A stretch of DNA of 32,000 nt from Thermosulfurimonas dismutans (GTDB lineage: Bacteria; Desulfobacterota; Thermodesulfobacteria; Thermodesulfobacteriales; Thermodesulfobacteriaceae), in contig NZ_LWLG01000007.1 in the NCBI RefSeq assembly GCF_001652585.1, positions 30,001 to 62,000 on the forward strand, given 5' to 3'. Positions 14,870 to 25,553 of this stretch are shown piece after piece (the stretch's first letter is position 1; the number at the start of each line of letters is the position of its first letter). The notes under the pieces are model-generated. The model was not told the DNA's origin. It searched no databases and saw nothing but the letters and a program-made list of their open reading frames with translations. The translations under genes and the position numbers were made by a program.

Positions 14870-17455
14870 ATGCCGCGCTATCTCAAGTGGAAGGTCCTTC
14901 TGGTGGCGATTCTTACCCTGGTCTCAGTGATCCTAGTTTTGCCTTCTTTTTATCAAAATCTTCCTTCCTGGTTCAAGAAGTACGTCTATGGTGCAAGACT
15001 CAAGCTCGGACTCGATCTTCAGGGCGGGATGCACGTGGTCCTCAAGGTGGATGTGGACAAGGCCATCCACAACGCCCTCAACGCCTCTGTTCAGGATCTC
15101 AGGGAAGCCTTGGGAAAGCATGGTATTAAAGTAGTCATCAAAGAGGCTCCTGAGGGTTTTGTACTCTCTTTTGGGAACGAAAAGGACTTTGCCCGAGCCA
15201 AAGATCTGATCGACCGTGAGTATCCTGAACTCAAAATCCTGGAGGAAAGGCCTGGAAAATATCCCGAGATAAAAGTGGCCCTTTCTGCCGAACGGGCCCA
15301 ATTCATTCGGGAGCATGCGGTAGAACAAAGTCTTGAGGTTATCAGAAACCGAATTGACCAGTTCGGAGTTACCGAACCAGTAATCGTGCGTCAGGGCAAG
15401 GACAAGATCGTAGTTCAACTCCCGGGAGTTAAAGACCCCGAACGGGCCTTGAAACTCATCGGACAGACCGCCCAACTCGAGTTCAAGTTAGTAGATGAAG
15501 AGGCTATGCAGAAGATCGATTTCTATTATCGTCTTATAGATCAGGCCCTGAAGGATGGCCGCCTCAAACCCAATTATACCCGTGAGGATCTGAACCGTAT
15601 TCTTCGGTCCTATCTTCCCCCCGGAGACGAGATCTATTTCTGGGTCACCCGAGATCGGGACACCGGAAGAACTATTAAAAGGCTCATTATTCTCCATCGC
15701 CGGGCCCTTCTTACCGGAGACATGGTCAAGACCGCTCATGTGCGCATAGGAGGGCCTTACAATGAACCCTACGTCTCTCTAACCCTAACCTCCCGTGGAG
15801 CCAGGATCTTTGAAAGGATTACCGGAGAAAACGTAGGCCGAAGACTGGCTATCGTGCTGGATAATGTAGTACGTTCGGCCCCGGTAATTAGGGAACGCAT
15901 ACCCGGAGGCCAAGCTCAGATCTCGGGAGGTTTTACCTACGAGGAGGCCTCGGATCTCGCCATCGTATTGCGAGCCGGAGCCCTCCCGGCGCCTGTGGAG
16001 GTCATTCAGAACATTACCGTCGGGCCCACCTTGGGACGAGATTCCATCCATAAGGGGCTTCTTTCGGGTGTAATCGGTGGCGTAGCGGTTCTGGTCTTCA
16101 TGATCATCTATTATCGTTTTTCGGGTTTCGTTGCAGACGTAGCCCTAGTCCTCAACGTCCTCTTCTTGCTCGCGGTCCTGAGCCTATTCCGGGCCACTCT
16201 CACTCTGCCGGGAATCGCCGGAATCATCCTCACCATGGGTATGGGTGTGGACTCTAACGTCCTCATCTTCGAACGTATGCGGGAAGAGCTTCTCTTGGGA
16301 CGTCCGCCGCGGGCGGCCATTAACGCCGGTTACGACCGGGCGTTCTGGACCATTGTGGACGCCCATGTGACCACCTTGATCACGGCTCTGGCCCTCTTCC
16401 TCTTCGGAACCGGCCCCATAAAGGGTTTCGCGGTCACTCTTTCTGCCGGTATCGTGATCAACCTCTTTACGGCCATCTTCGCCACCCGCATTGTCTATGA
16501 TGCCTTGATCGCGAAAGGCAAGACTCCACGCATCAATTTCCTGCAGATCATTGGCAAACCCAAGATCAATTTCATGGCCGCTCGCCGATTCTGCTTCGCC
16601 CTCTCGGGCGCACTAGTAGCTTTGGGCCTCTTGGCCTTCGTACAGATTTCGCGTGGAGTGGCTAACCTAGGTGTGGATTTTGGAGGAGGAGTTTTGGCTT
16701 ACTACAAGGCCGAAAAGGCCTTCAAGCTTGATGCCATCCGTAAAGTCCTTTCCGAAACCGGTCTCAAAGGCATACAACTACAGGACGTAAAGAACGAAAA
16801 TCTTCTACTAGTAAGAGTACGGGAAAAAACTGAAACCGTGGGGAAGACTGAAAAACTTATAAGCAAGGTCCTTTCAGAAAAGTTTCCAGAGCTCAAGTTT
16901 AAACTCATAGGAAAAGAAGAAATCGGTTCGGCCATAAGCAAAGAATTGAAGCGCAAGGCCATCATTGCCATCTTGATCTCGCTGGTCGGTTTTATCCTTT
17001 ACTTGGCCTTTCGGTTCAAGATCAGTTTCGGGGTTGCGGCGGCCGTGGCCACCTTTCATGACGTGCTGGCGGTTCTGGGTATTTTCTATCTTCTCAACCG
17101 GGAAATATCTCTTCTTCTAGTAACGGCCCTCCTAACCCTCGCCGGTTACTCCCTTACGGATACCGTGGTTATCTTTGACCGTATCCGGGAAAACATCCGA
17201 AAGCTGGGGGAGCGTACGCCTTTTTCCGAGATCATAAACCGGAGCGTAAACGAGATGCTGGCCCGGACCATTATCACTACCCTCACCACCATGTTGGTGA
17301 TCCTTTCTATTCTTATTTTTGGAGGGGTAGTGCTAAGAGACTTTGCCTTAGCCCTCTTCCTGGGCGTAATCGTGGGAACTTACAGCTCGGTCTTTGTGGC
17401 CAGCCCCATAGTTTACCTTTGGCACAAGGGTAAGACCCCGAAACTGGGAGGGTAA
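14870..17455 (+). CDS. secDF: Protein translocase subunit SecDF (fused SecD-SecF)
   Basis: 861 aa. SecD motifs include LGLDLQGGMHVVL, VIRNRIDQFGVTEPVI, QLPGV and LEFKLV. Two 6-TM blocks follow, with GMGVDSNVLIFERMREE (SecD) and GYSLTDTVVIFDRIREN (SecF). A strong SD (AAGGAGG) precedes the ATG. Confidence 0.95.
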   Translation: MPRYLKWKVLLVAILTLVSVILVLPSFYQNLPSWFKKYVYGARLKLGLDLQGGMHVVLKVDVDKAIHNALNASVQDLREALGKHGIKVVIKEAPEGFVLSFGNEKDFARAKDLIDREYPELKILEERPGKYPEIKVALSAERAQFIREHAVEQSLEVIRNRIDQFGVTEPVIVRQGKDKIVVQLPGVKDPERALKLIGQTAQLEFKLVDEEAMQKIDFYYRLIDQALKDGRLKPNYTREDLNRILRSYLPPGDEIYFWVTRDRDTGRTIKRLIILHRRALLTGDMVKTAHVRIGGPYNEPYVSLTLTSRGARIFERITGENVGRRLAIVLDNVVRSAPVIRERIPGGQAQISGGFTYEEASDLAIVLRAGALPAPVEVIQNITVGPTLGRDSIHKGLLSGVIGGVAVLVFMIIYYRFSGFVADVALVLNVLFLLAVLSLFRATLTLPGIAGIILTMGMGVDSNVLIFERMREELLLGRPPRAAINAGYDRAFWTIVDAHVTTLITALALFLFGTGPIKGFAVTLSAGIVINLFTAIFATRIVYDALIAKGKTPRINFLQIIGKPKINFMAARRFCFALSGALVALGLLAFVQISRGVANLGVDFGGGVLAYYKAEKAFKLDAIRKVLSETGLKGIQLQDVKNENLLLVRVREKTETVGKTEKLISKVLSEKFPELKFKLIGKEEIGSAISKELKRKAIIAILISLVGFILYLAFRFKISFGVAAAVATFHDVLAVLGIFYLLNREISLLLVTALLTLAGYSLTDTVVIFDRIRENIRKLGERTPFSEIINRSVNEMLARTIITTLTTMLVILSILIFGGVVLRDFALALFLGVIVGTYSSVFVASPIVYLWHKGKTPKLGG

Positions 17456-17462
17456 GCCGAGC

Positions 17463-19892
17463 TTAAGTTTTGCCCTGAGAGTTCTCTGGTTTGGCGAACT
17501 CCCGGGCCCGTTCGGCCAGTTCCCGGAGGCGCTTGTCAACTAGGTAGAAGACCGTTCCCTCCGGGTATCGGCCGTCGGGCCCAGGCTCTCCCGCAGGCAT
17601 ACCGGTCAAGATAGCTATCCCCTCTTCCACCCGTGAGATGGGCCAGATGTGAAACTTGCCTTCGGCCACCGCAGCCACGATTTCTTTTTTGAGCATGAGA
17701 TCATTGACGTTAGCCTGAGGAATGATCACCCCCTGCTCACCGGTAAGCCCACGCTCGGCGCAGACTTTAAAGAAACCCTCGATCTTTTCGTTAACTCCTC
17801 CCACGGGCTGTATTTCGCCTTTTTGGCTCACGGAGCCCGTAACCGCAATGCCCTGTTTGATGGGCACGCCAGCAAGGGCCGAAAGTAGAGCAAAAAGCTC
17901 GGCACTGGAGGCCGAGTCCCCTTCTACCAGACCGTAGCTCTGTTCGAAACAGAGGGTGGCCGAAAGGGTAAGGGGTTTATCCTGAATGAAACGCTCCCTG
18001 AGAAAACCGGAAAGGATCATCACCCCTTTGGTATGTATCTTTCCGGAAAGTTCGGCTTCCCGTTCGATATTGACCACGCCCTCTTTTCCAAGAGAGATGT
18101 TCACCGTAATACGCGTTGGCCGTCCGAACCGATAGTCTCCAAGGTCATAGACCGAAAGCCCATTTATGCTACCCACTTCCTCTCCGGTGGTCTTGATTTT
18201 AATGAGATCCTTTTGAATAACCTCGTGGATACGGTCTTCAAGGAGAGAAAGCCTTCGGCGACGTTCCTCAATGGCCTTCTCCAGGTGAGCGGCAGTAATC
18301 CTTTCAGCCCCTTCCTTTTCGGCCCAGAAATCGGCTTCCCTTAGGGTATCAAAGATCTCGGAGAGTTTCAGGGTGAGCTTATCCTTGCGGCCAGAGATCT
18401 CACAGGCATACTCTACAAGTCGGGCCAGACCATCTGCGGAGACGGGCTTGAGCCCTTTCTTTTTGACTACAAAGGCCACCGTACGGAGAAATTCCCGGGT
18501 GCGCTCCTCATTGCGGTCCACCCATTCCTCAAGCGGGGCCTTGATTTTGAAGAGTTCTCGAAAGGTTTCGTCATAAGTATAGAGAAGATGATAAAGGAAG
18601 AGATCTCCTATGAGAATCACTTTGGCCCTAAAGGGGATGGGCTTGGGACGGAGGGTCTTGGTAGTGAAAAGCCCGAGTTGTTCACCGAGATCCTCTAAAA
18701 AGATTTTTCCACTTTTTATAATGCGTTTCAAGGTCTCCCAGCAATAGAAATTCCTTAGAATATCGATGGCCCGAATGATAATGAAACCCCCGTTTGCCCG
18801 GTGAAGGCTTCCAGCCCGAAGCATGGTGAAATCCGTAATAAGGGCCCCGAACTGGGCCTTGCGCTCAATGGCCCCGAAAAGTCGAGGATAGGTAGGATTG
18901 GGTTCAAAAATCACCGGAGCTCCTTCTTTACCAGCATTATCCACAAAGAGATTGACTTCATACCGAGTAAAAATGGACTCCCGGGGAGGCGTGGGGACGG
19001 GAAACGGAGGGTGCGGGGCCTCCTTCCCAGGGGCTTGACGGAACTCATCAAGATGCTCCAGGATGTCCTTGGCGACTTCCTCAAGATAGGTGACCACAGG
19101 AGTGAGGTGGGCATACTTTTGGTTCAATTCCTGGAGATGGATTGTGATAACCTGAGAGGCCACTTCCCGATCAAGATTCTTCAAGGCCTCATGTAATTCC
19201 TTTTCGAGTTTCTGGATATTTCTTACAGTGGCATTCAGTTCCTGCTGAAGTTCCTTGCTTTTGGCCTTAAGCCTCTCCTTCTCCTCCTCGGGAAGATCTT
19301 GGACGTCCTGAGGAGTCATGGGGGTACCATCAGGTTTGGCCGGAATAATCATCATACCCATGGGTTCCACATTTAGGACAAAGCCTTCGGCCTTGACCTT
19401 GCTCTCGAGTTCTTCAAAGATCTTAGACCTACGCTGGTTGAATTCCCGGAGCAGGGCTTCTTTCTTTTGGACGTAAGTCTCATCCTCAAAGGCCTCGGGA
19501 ATCCTTTCACGCAGGGCCGTGATGAAACGCTCCATATCCTTCTTGAATTCCCGGCCTTTGCCGGCCGGAAGCTCAAGGGCTTTAGGGCGATCCGGATCCT
19601 CGAAGTTATAGACGTAACACCAGTCCGAAGGCGTGGGCCTTTTTTTGGCCTCCTCCTCAACCAGAACTCGAGTGATATAATTCGCTCCTAGCTCCATCTC
19701 ACCGGCCACATAGATATGAAAATCGGAATCATCCAGCTTTATTCCCAGGGAGAGGGCCGCCAGGGCCCTTTCCTGAGCCATGACCATCGGAGGCTCTTCC
19801 CGAAGGAGTTCTTCCGAAGACTCTACGCCGAGAGTTTTGGGGTCTACGGTTACCCTGAGATCCTCAGGAGTTAGCTCTCTTACTTCCGCCAT
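17463..19892 (-). CDS. Lon-like protease, LonC/COG1067 type, with degenerate AAA+ motifs
   Basis: 809 aa. The C-terminal Lon protease domain has the Ser-Lys dyad context VEGDSASSAELFALLSAL and PVGGVNEKIEGFF. The N-terminal AAA-like module has GEMELGAN in place of Walker A and GGFIIIRAID in place of Walker B. A long charged coiled-coil insertion is present (EEEKERLKAKSKELQQELNATVRNIQKLEKELHEAL). Confidence 0.88.
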   Translation of the reverse strand: MAEVRELTPEDLRVTVDPKTLGVESSEELLREEPPMVMAQERALAALSLGIKLDDSDFHIYVAGEMELGANYITRVLVEEEAKKRPTPSDWCYVYNFEDPDRPKALELPAGKGREFKKDMERFITALRERIPEAFEDETYVQKKEALLREFNQRRSKIFEELESKVKAEGFVLNVEPMGMMIIPAKPDGTPMTPQDVQDLPEEEKERLKAKSKELQQELNATVRNIQKLEKELHEALKNLDREVASQVITIHLQELNQKYAHLTPVVTYLEEVAKDILEHLDEFRQAPGKEAPHPPFPVPTPPRESIFTRYEVNLFVDNAGKEGAPVIFEPNPTYPRLFGAIERKAQFGALITDFTMLRAGSLHRANGGFIIIRAIDILRNFYCWETLKRIIKSGKIFLEDLGEQLGLFTTKTLRPKPIPFRAKVILIGDLFLYHLLYTYDETFRELFKIKAPLEEWVDRNEERTREFLRTVAFVVKKKGLKPVSADGLARLVEYACEISGRKDKLTLKLSEIFDTLREADFWAEKEGAERITAAHLEKAIEERRRRLSLLEDRIHEVIQKDLIKIKTTGEEVGSINGLSVYDLGDYRFGRPTRITVNISLGKEGVVNIEREAELSGKIHTKGVMILSGFLRERFIQDKPLTLSATLCFEQSYGLVEGDSASSAELFALLSALAGVPIKQGIAVTGSVSQKGEIQPVGGVNEKIEGFFKVCAERGLTGEQGVIIPQANVNDLMLKKEIVAAVAEGKFHIWPISRVEEGIAILTGMPAGEPGPDGRYPEGTVFYLVDKRLRELAERAREFAKPENSQGKT

Positions 19893-19960
19893 GGGCTCCC
19901 CTCCTTTACACTTACCTAAACCATAGGTTAAAAAGGGACGAAAAACAAGAGGCCTACTCC

Positions 19961-21742
19961 ATGAAGATAGCCCTCATATCCATGCCCTGGCCCCTTTTTA
20001 ATCGACCCTCGATTCAGCTCGGTGTACTCAAGGGCTATCTCAGAAAGCATCTGCCGGAAATCGAGGTCAAAACCTTTCATCCCTACCTCTTTTTGGCACA
20101 GGCCCTGGGTTATAAAGAGTATCAAAAAATAAGCGATTCCTCCTGGCTTTCAGAAAGCGTGGGGGCCGGACTCCTCTTTCCGGAAATGCGACCCCGGGCC
20201 CGAAAACTATTTCAGAAGCTTGCCCGCAAGGAGGATCTTAAGCAAACCTATGAAGAAGTCTTGGCTATTACTGAAGAGACCCTTTCCATTTATCTCCGAC
20301 GTCTTCCTTGGAAGACATTCCAGATAGTAGGCTTTTCCGTATGTTTGAACCAGTTGACTCTCTCCCTATGGGCCGCCCAAAGACTGAAGAAGGCCTTCCC
20401 ACATCTCAAGATCGTATTCGGGGGCGCCCTTTGTGCCGAAGATCTGGGCCGAAGCTATCTTGAAGTCTTTCCTTTTATTGATTTTGTAATAAACGGTGAA
20501 GGTGAAAAGCCCCTCACCGAACTCTTGAAAGCCCTTTCATCGGGAACTAAGCCCTCGGATGTCCCGGGCCTCTTTTTCCGGGAAGATGGCAAGATCTCTG
20601 GACAAGGTTTTTGGGAACTTTCTCCTGAGGAAATTCCTTCCCCCATCTATGAGGACTACTTCCGAGAATTGAATCTCCTTCCTCCAGAAAAGCGATTTTT
20701 TCCGCTGATCTCTCTAGAAGCCTCACGGGGTTGCTGGTGGGGAAAGTGCCGCTTCTGCAACCTCAATCTCCAGTGGCACGGCTATCGTCTGAGGCCGATG
20801 AAAAACGTGCTTTACGACATAAGACGCCACGCCGAAGCCGGACTTCTCGATTTCGCCTTCATGGATAACTGTCTTGACAGATCTCAGGCCCTTGAACTCT
20901 TTGAAAACTTGGCCGGAGAGGGGCGGGATTATCGCATCTTTGCCGAGCTACGAGCCATTTATACCGCAGAGGAATACCGTCGAATGCGAAAAGGGGGCCT
21001 CTATTGGGTTCAGATAGGTATCGAGGCCCTTTCAACTTCGCTTCTCAAACGCCTGGGCAAAGGCACAACCGCCATGGCCAATGTAGCCGCCATGCGCCAT
21101 TGTGAAGAGACCGGTCTTGAACTCTCGGCCAATCTTATATGCCATTTTCCGGGGAGCACCGAAGAAGAAATTCAAGAGACCCTCTCTGCCCTAGATTACG
21201 TCTTTCCCTTTCGGCCTCTTACCACGGTCTCCTTCTGGTTGGGATATGGGAGTCCCATTTTTAGAAATCCTACGGACTTCGGCCTCTCCCGTCTTTATCC
21301 TCATCCTTATTATAGTTACCTCTTTCCAGAAGAGCTACGCAAGCGCCTCAAACCCTTAATTTTATCCTATAGCGGAGATCGCAGGAAACAAACTCAGCTT
21401 TGGCGGCCGGTCATCGAAAAGGTGAAAGGCTGGCAAAAAATCTGGTCCAGGCTCAGGGAGGAGAAGGGGCCTCTTCTCACTTATCGCGAAGGCCTGGACT
21501 TCATTCTTATCCGTCAGGTAACCCCCCAGGGGCGGGTTCTTCACCACCGCCTGAAAGGCCTCTCGCGGGCCATTTATTTGTTTCTTACCGAACCCCGAAG
21601 CCTTGGGGATATAACTTCCGCCTTCCCCAACCTTTCCGGAGAAAAGATTAAGGTCTTTCTCCAAGATCTCGTCCGCAAAAAACTCATGTTTCAGGAAAAA
21701 GACCGTTTTCTGGCCTTGGCGATAAGGGCTAATCTACCTTGA
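19961..21742 (+). CDS. B12-binding-domain (class B-like) radical SAM enzyme with CX4CX2C cluster motif; possibly RiPP-maturase-like
   Basis: 593 aa. The N-terminus has a Rossmann-like B12-binding architecture (MKIALISMPWPLFNRPSIQLGVLKGYL...IVGFSV...KIVFGGALC...DFVINGEGEKPL). The cluster motif is EASRGCWWGKCRFCNLN. No cobalamin or SAM chemistry can be confirmed from sequence alone. Confidence 0.82.
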   Translation: MKIALISMPWPLFNRPSIQLGVLKGYLRKHLPEIEVKTFHPYLFLAQALGYKEYQKISDSSWLSESVGAGLLFPEMRPRARKLFQKLARKEDLKQTYEEVLAITEETLSIYLRRLPWKTFQIVGFSVCLNQLTLSLWAAQRLKKAFPHLKIVFGGALCAEDLGRSYLEVFPFIDFVINGEGEKPLTELLKALSSGTKPSDVPGLFFREDGKISGQGFWELSPEEIPSPIYEDYFRELNLLPPEKRFFPLISLEASRGCWWGKCRFCNLNLQWHGYRLRPMKNVLYDIRRHAEAGLLDFAFMDNCLDRSQALELFENLAGEGRDYRIFAELRAIYTAEEYRRMRKGGLYWVQIGIEALSTSLLKRLGKGTTAMANVAAMRHCEETGLELSANLICHFPGSTEEEIQETLSALDYVFPFRPLTTVSFWLGYGSPIFRNPTDFGLSRLYPHPYYSYLFPEELRKRLKPLILSYSGDRRKQTQLWRPVIEKVKGWQKIWSRLREEKGPLLTYREGLDFILIRQVTPQGRVLHHRLKGLSRAIYLFLTEPRSLGDITSAFPNLSGEKIKVFLQDLVRKKLMFQEKDRFLALAIRANLP

Positions 21743-22145
21743 GTTCCATATCTCGCCTTACCACTTGTCCGGTAAAAAAGGCCACCAGGGTACCGTCCTC
21801 CTTGCGGACTTCAACTTCATATATACCGGTCTTTTCGGTGAGGTTTACCTCACGGGCCTCGGCGATCAGACGATCCCCAAGTCTAGACGAAGCCGGATAA
21901 TATATTTGGGCCGAGACCGCCAGCGCCAGTTTCCCATGACTATTTGAAGCCACGGCAAAGGCAAAGTCCGCAAGTGAAAAGGTTACCCCTCCCTGACAGA
22001 CTCCAGCGGCGTTAAGCATGTCTTCCCTTACCGTAATGGCCACACGGGCGTAGCCCGGGCGAACTTCAAGTAAATCTACCCCGAGCCAGACCGCCACCTT
22101 GTCGTGCTCTCTCATGAAATGGGCGATCTTTAAAGCTTTGTCCAT
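21729..22145 (-). CDS. Hotdog-fold thioesterase, PaaI/YigI family
   Basis: 138 aa. The segment NAAGVCQGGVTFSLADFAFAVASN, followed by a long central helix and beta sheet, is typical of PaaI-type thioesterases. The start shares one base with the waaA stop (TGATG). Confidence 0.82.
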   Translation of the reverse strand: MDKALKIAHFMREHDKVAVWLGVDLLEVRPGYARVAITVREDMLNAAGVCQGGVTFSLADFAFAVASNSHGKLALAVSAQIYYPASSRLGDRLIAEAREVNLTEKTGIYEVEVRKEDGTLVAFFTGQVVRRDMELKVD

Positions 22146-23395
22146 CAGGCACGTCCTCCTTTGTCCAAGAAATTGGCTATCAAATTGAGGTAACGCTCAA
22201 GGGCTCCCCGGTGCCTTGAAAAAACCTTCAAAGCGCGCTCTCCCCGATCCCTGGACTCCTTCAAAAATCTTTTCATGGCCATGGCCAGGGCCTCCGGATC
22301 CGGCTTTACCTTTTCACCTCCTCCCTCGGCCTCAAGCTCGCGGGCTACCGAAGCTATGCTCTCTACATAAGGACCGAAGAGGACCGGAACACTCAAAGCC
22401 GCAGGCTCAAGAAGATTATGTCCCCCCACTGGAACCAAGGTGCCTCCCACGAAAGCCACCTCCGCCAGAGCATATAGAGCCCTCAGCTCCCCCAGGGTAT
22501 CTACCACCAAAACCCTGGCCGGGGAAGGCCTTGAGCGCAGAGCGGTCTCAAAGCCCAGTCTTTCGGAAAGGGCTTTTACTTCGGCGGCTCTCTCGGGATG
22601 CCGGGGGCAGAGAATGAGCGTACCATGGGGAAGCCTTTTGAAGGCTTTAAGGATCAGTTCTTCCTCTCCGGCATGGGTGGAACCACACACTATCACCGGC
22701 GGAGAAACAAAGGCCGAAAGATCCTGGCGCAAGGCCTCGATTTCTTCCTTGTTGGGAGGCGGAAAATCGTACTTCAGATTGCCTAAGAAGAGGACCCGGG
22801 GGCCCGGAGAGAGGGCCTCCATACGAATACGGTCCTCCTCGCTGGCCATGGCCAGTACCGCAAAAGGCCTGTAAAGGAAACGAGCCAAAAACCTAAATCT
22901 TCTAAGTCTTCGGTAGGCTTTTTCCGAAATGGCGCCATTAGCCAGTATCAATGGTACTCCGGCAGCCTTAGCGAAACCCACGAGATCCGGCCAGACATCG
23001 GTCTCGACTAGGATGAAAAGTCGAGGCCTTATGGCCGAAAAATAGCGCTTGAGGCTCCGTGGACAATGCAGGGGCGAGGGATGGACCCGGGCCAGGTTCG
23101 AAAATCTCTCTTTGGCCAGTTTGAGTCCGGAAGTCGTAGTGGCTGTGAGCACTAGCTCGTATTGAGGAAAGCGTTTGCGGAGTCCTTTGAGCAAGGTACC
23201 TGCGGCCTGAAGCTCTCCTACCGAAAGGGTATGGATCCAAATACGTTCTTTTTTAGGCGACAAATCATCGAAGCGAGGATGCCATCTTTTTCGCAAATAG
23301 ACCCTTCTTTTCTTCTTCAATTGAGCCAGAAAATAAAAAGGACAAACCAATCCTGAAAAAAGAGTATATGCCAAGTCTAACCTTTCAAATCTCAC
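22145..23395 (-). CDS. waaA: 3-deoxy-D-manno-octulosonic acid (Kdo) transferase
   Basis: 416 aa. IWIHTLSVGELQAAGTLLKGLRKRFP, ETDVWPDLV, CGSTHAGEEE, LCPRHPER, VDTLGEL and FVGGTLVPVGGHNLLEPAA align motif by motif with E. coli WaaA. GTG start. Confidence 0.9.
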   Translation of the reverse strand: MRFERLDLAYTLFSGLVCPFYFLAQLKKKRRVYLRKRWHPRFDDLSPKKERIWIHTLSVGELQAAGTLLKGLRKRFPQYELVLTATTTSGLKLAKERFSNLARVHPSPLHCPRSLKRYFSAIRPRLFILVETDVWPDLVGFAKAAGVPLILANGAISEKAYRRLRRFRFLARFLYRPFAVLAMASEEDRIRMEALSPGPRVLFLGNLKYDFPPPNKEEIEALRQDLSAFVSPPVIVCGSTHAGEEELILKAFKRLPHGTLILCPRHPERAAEVKALSERLGFETALRSRPSPARVLVVDTLGELRALYALAEVAFVGGTLVPVGGHNLLEPAALSVPVLFGPYVESIASVARELEAEGGGEKVKPDPEALAMAMKRFLKESRDRGERALKVFSRHRGALERYLNLIANFLDKGGRA

Positions 23396-23456
23396 GGCTT
23401 AACTATAGCACCGGATGAGCTTTTAAAATACTTCCGAAAGACCTATAATTTCATAA

Positions 23457-25544
<2,088 letters not shown>

Positions 25545-25553
25545 ATTAGGAGT

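Noticed and set aside
14933-15475. 180-aa minus-strand ORF and several 60-90-aa ORFs antisense to secDF (15091-17059)
   Set aside because: They are fully embedded antisense to an unambiguous SecDF ORF and have no independent signals.
17463-19892. The Lon-like protease as a BREX BrxL-type defence component
   Set aside because: No PglX/PglZ/BrxA-C or other defence genes lie nearby. The neighbours are secDF and a radical SAM gene. The architecture (coiled-coil insertion, degenerate P-loop) fits LonC/COG1067 better.
22216-22874. Plus-strand ORFs of 133, 144 and 62 aa overlapping waaA
   Set aside because: They are antisense to a WaaA ORF that aligns motif by motif with E. coli WaaA. Their products are Pro/Arg/Ser-rich, which is typical of GC-rich antisense frames.
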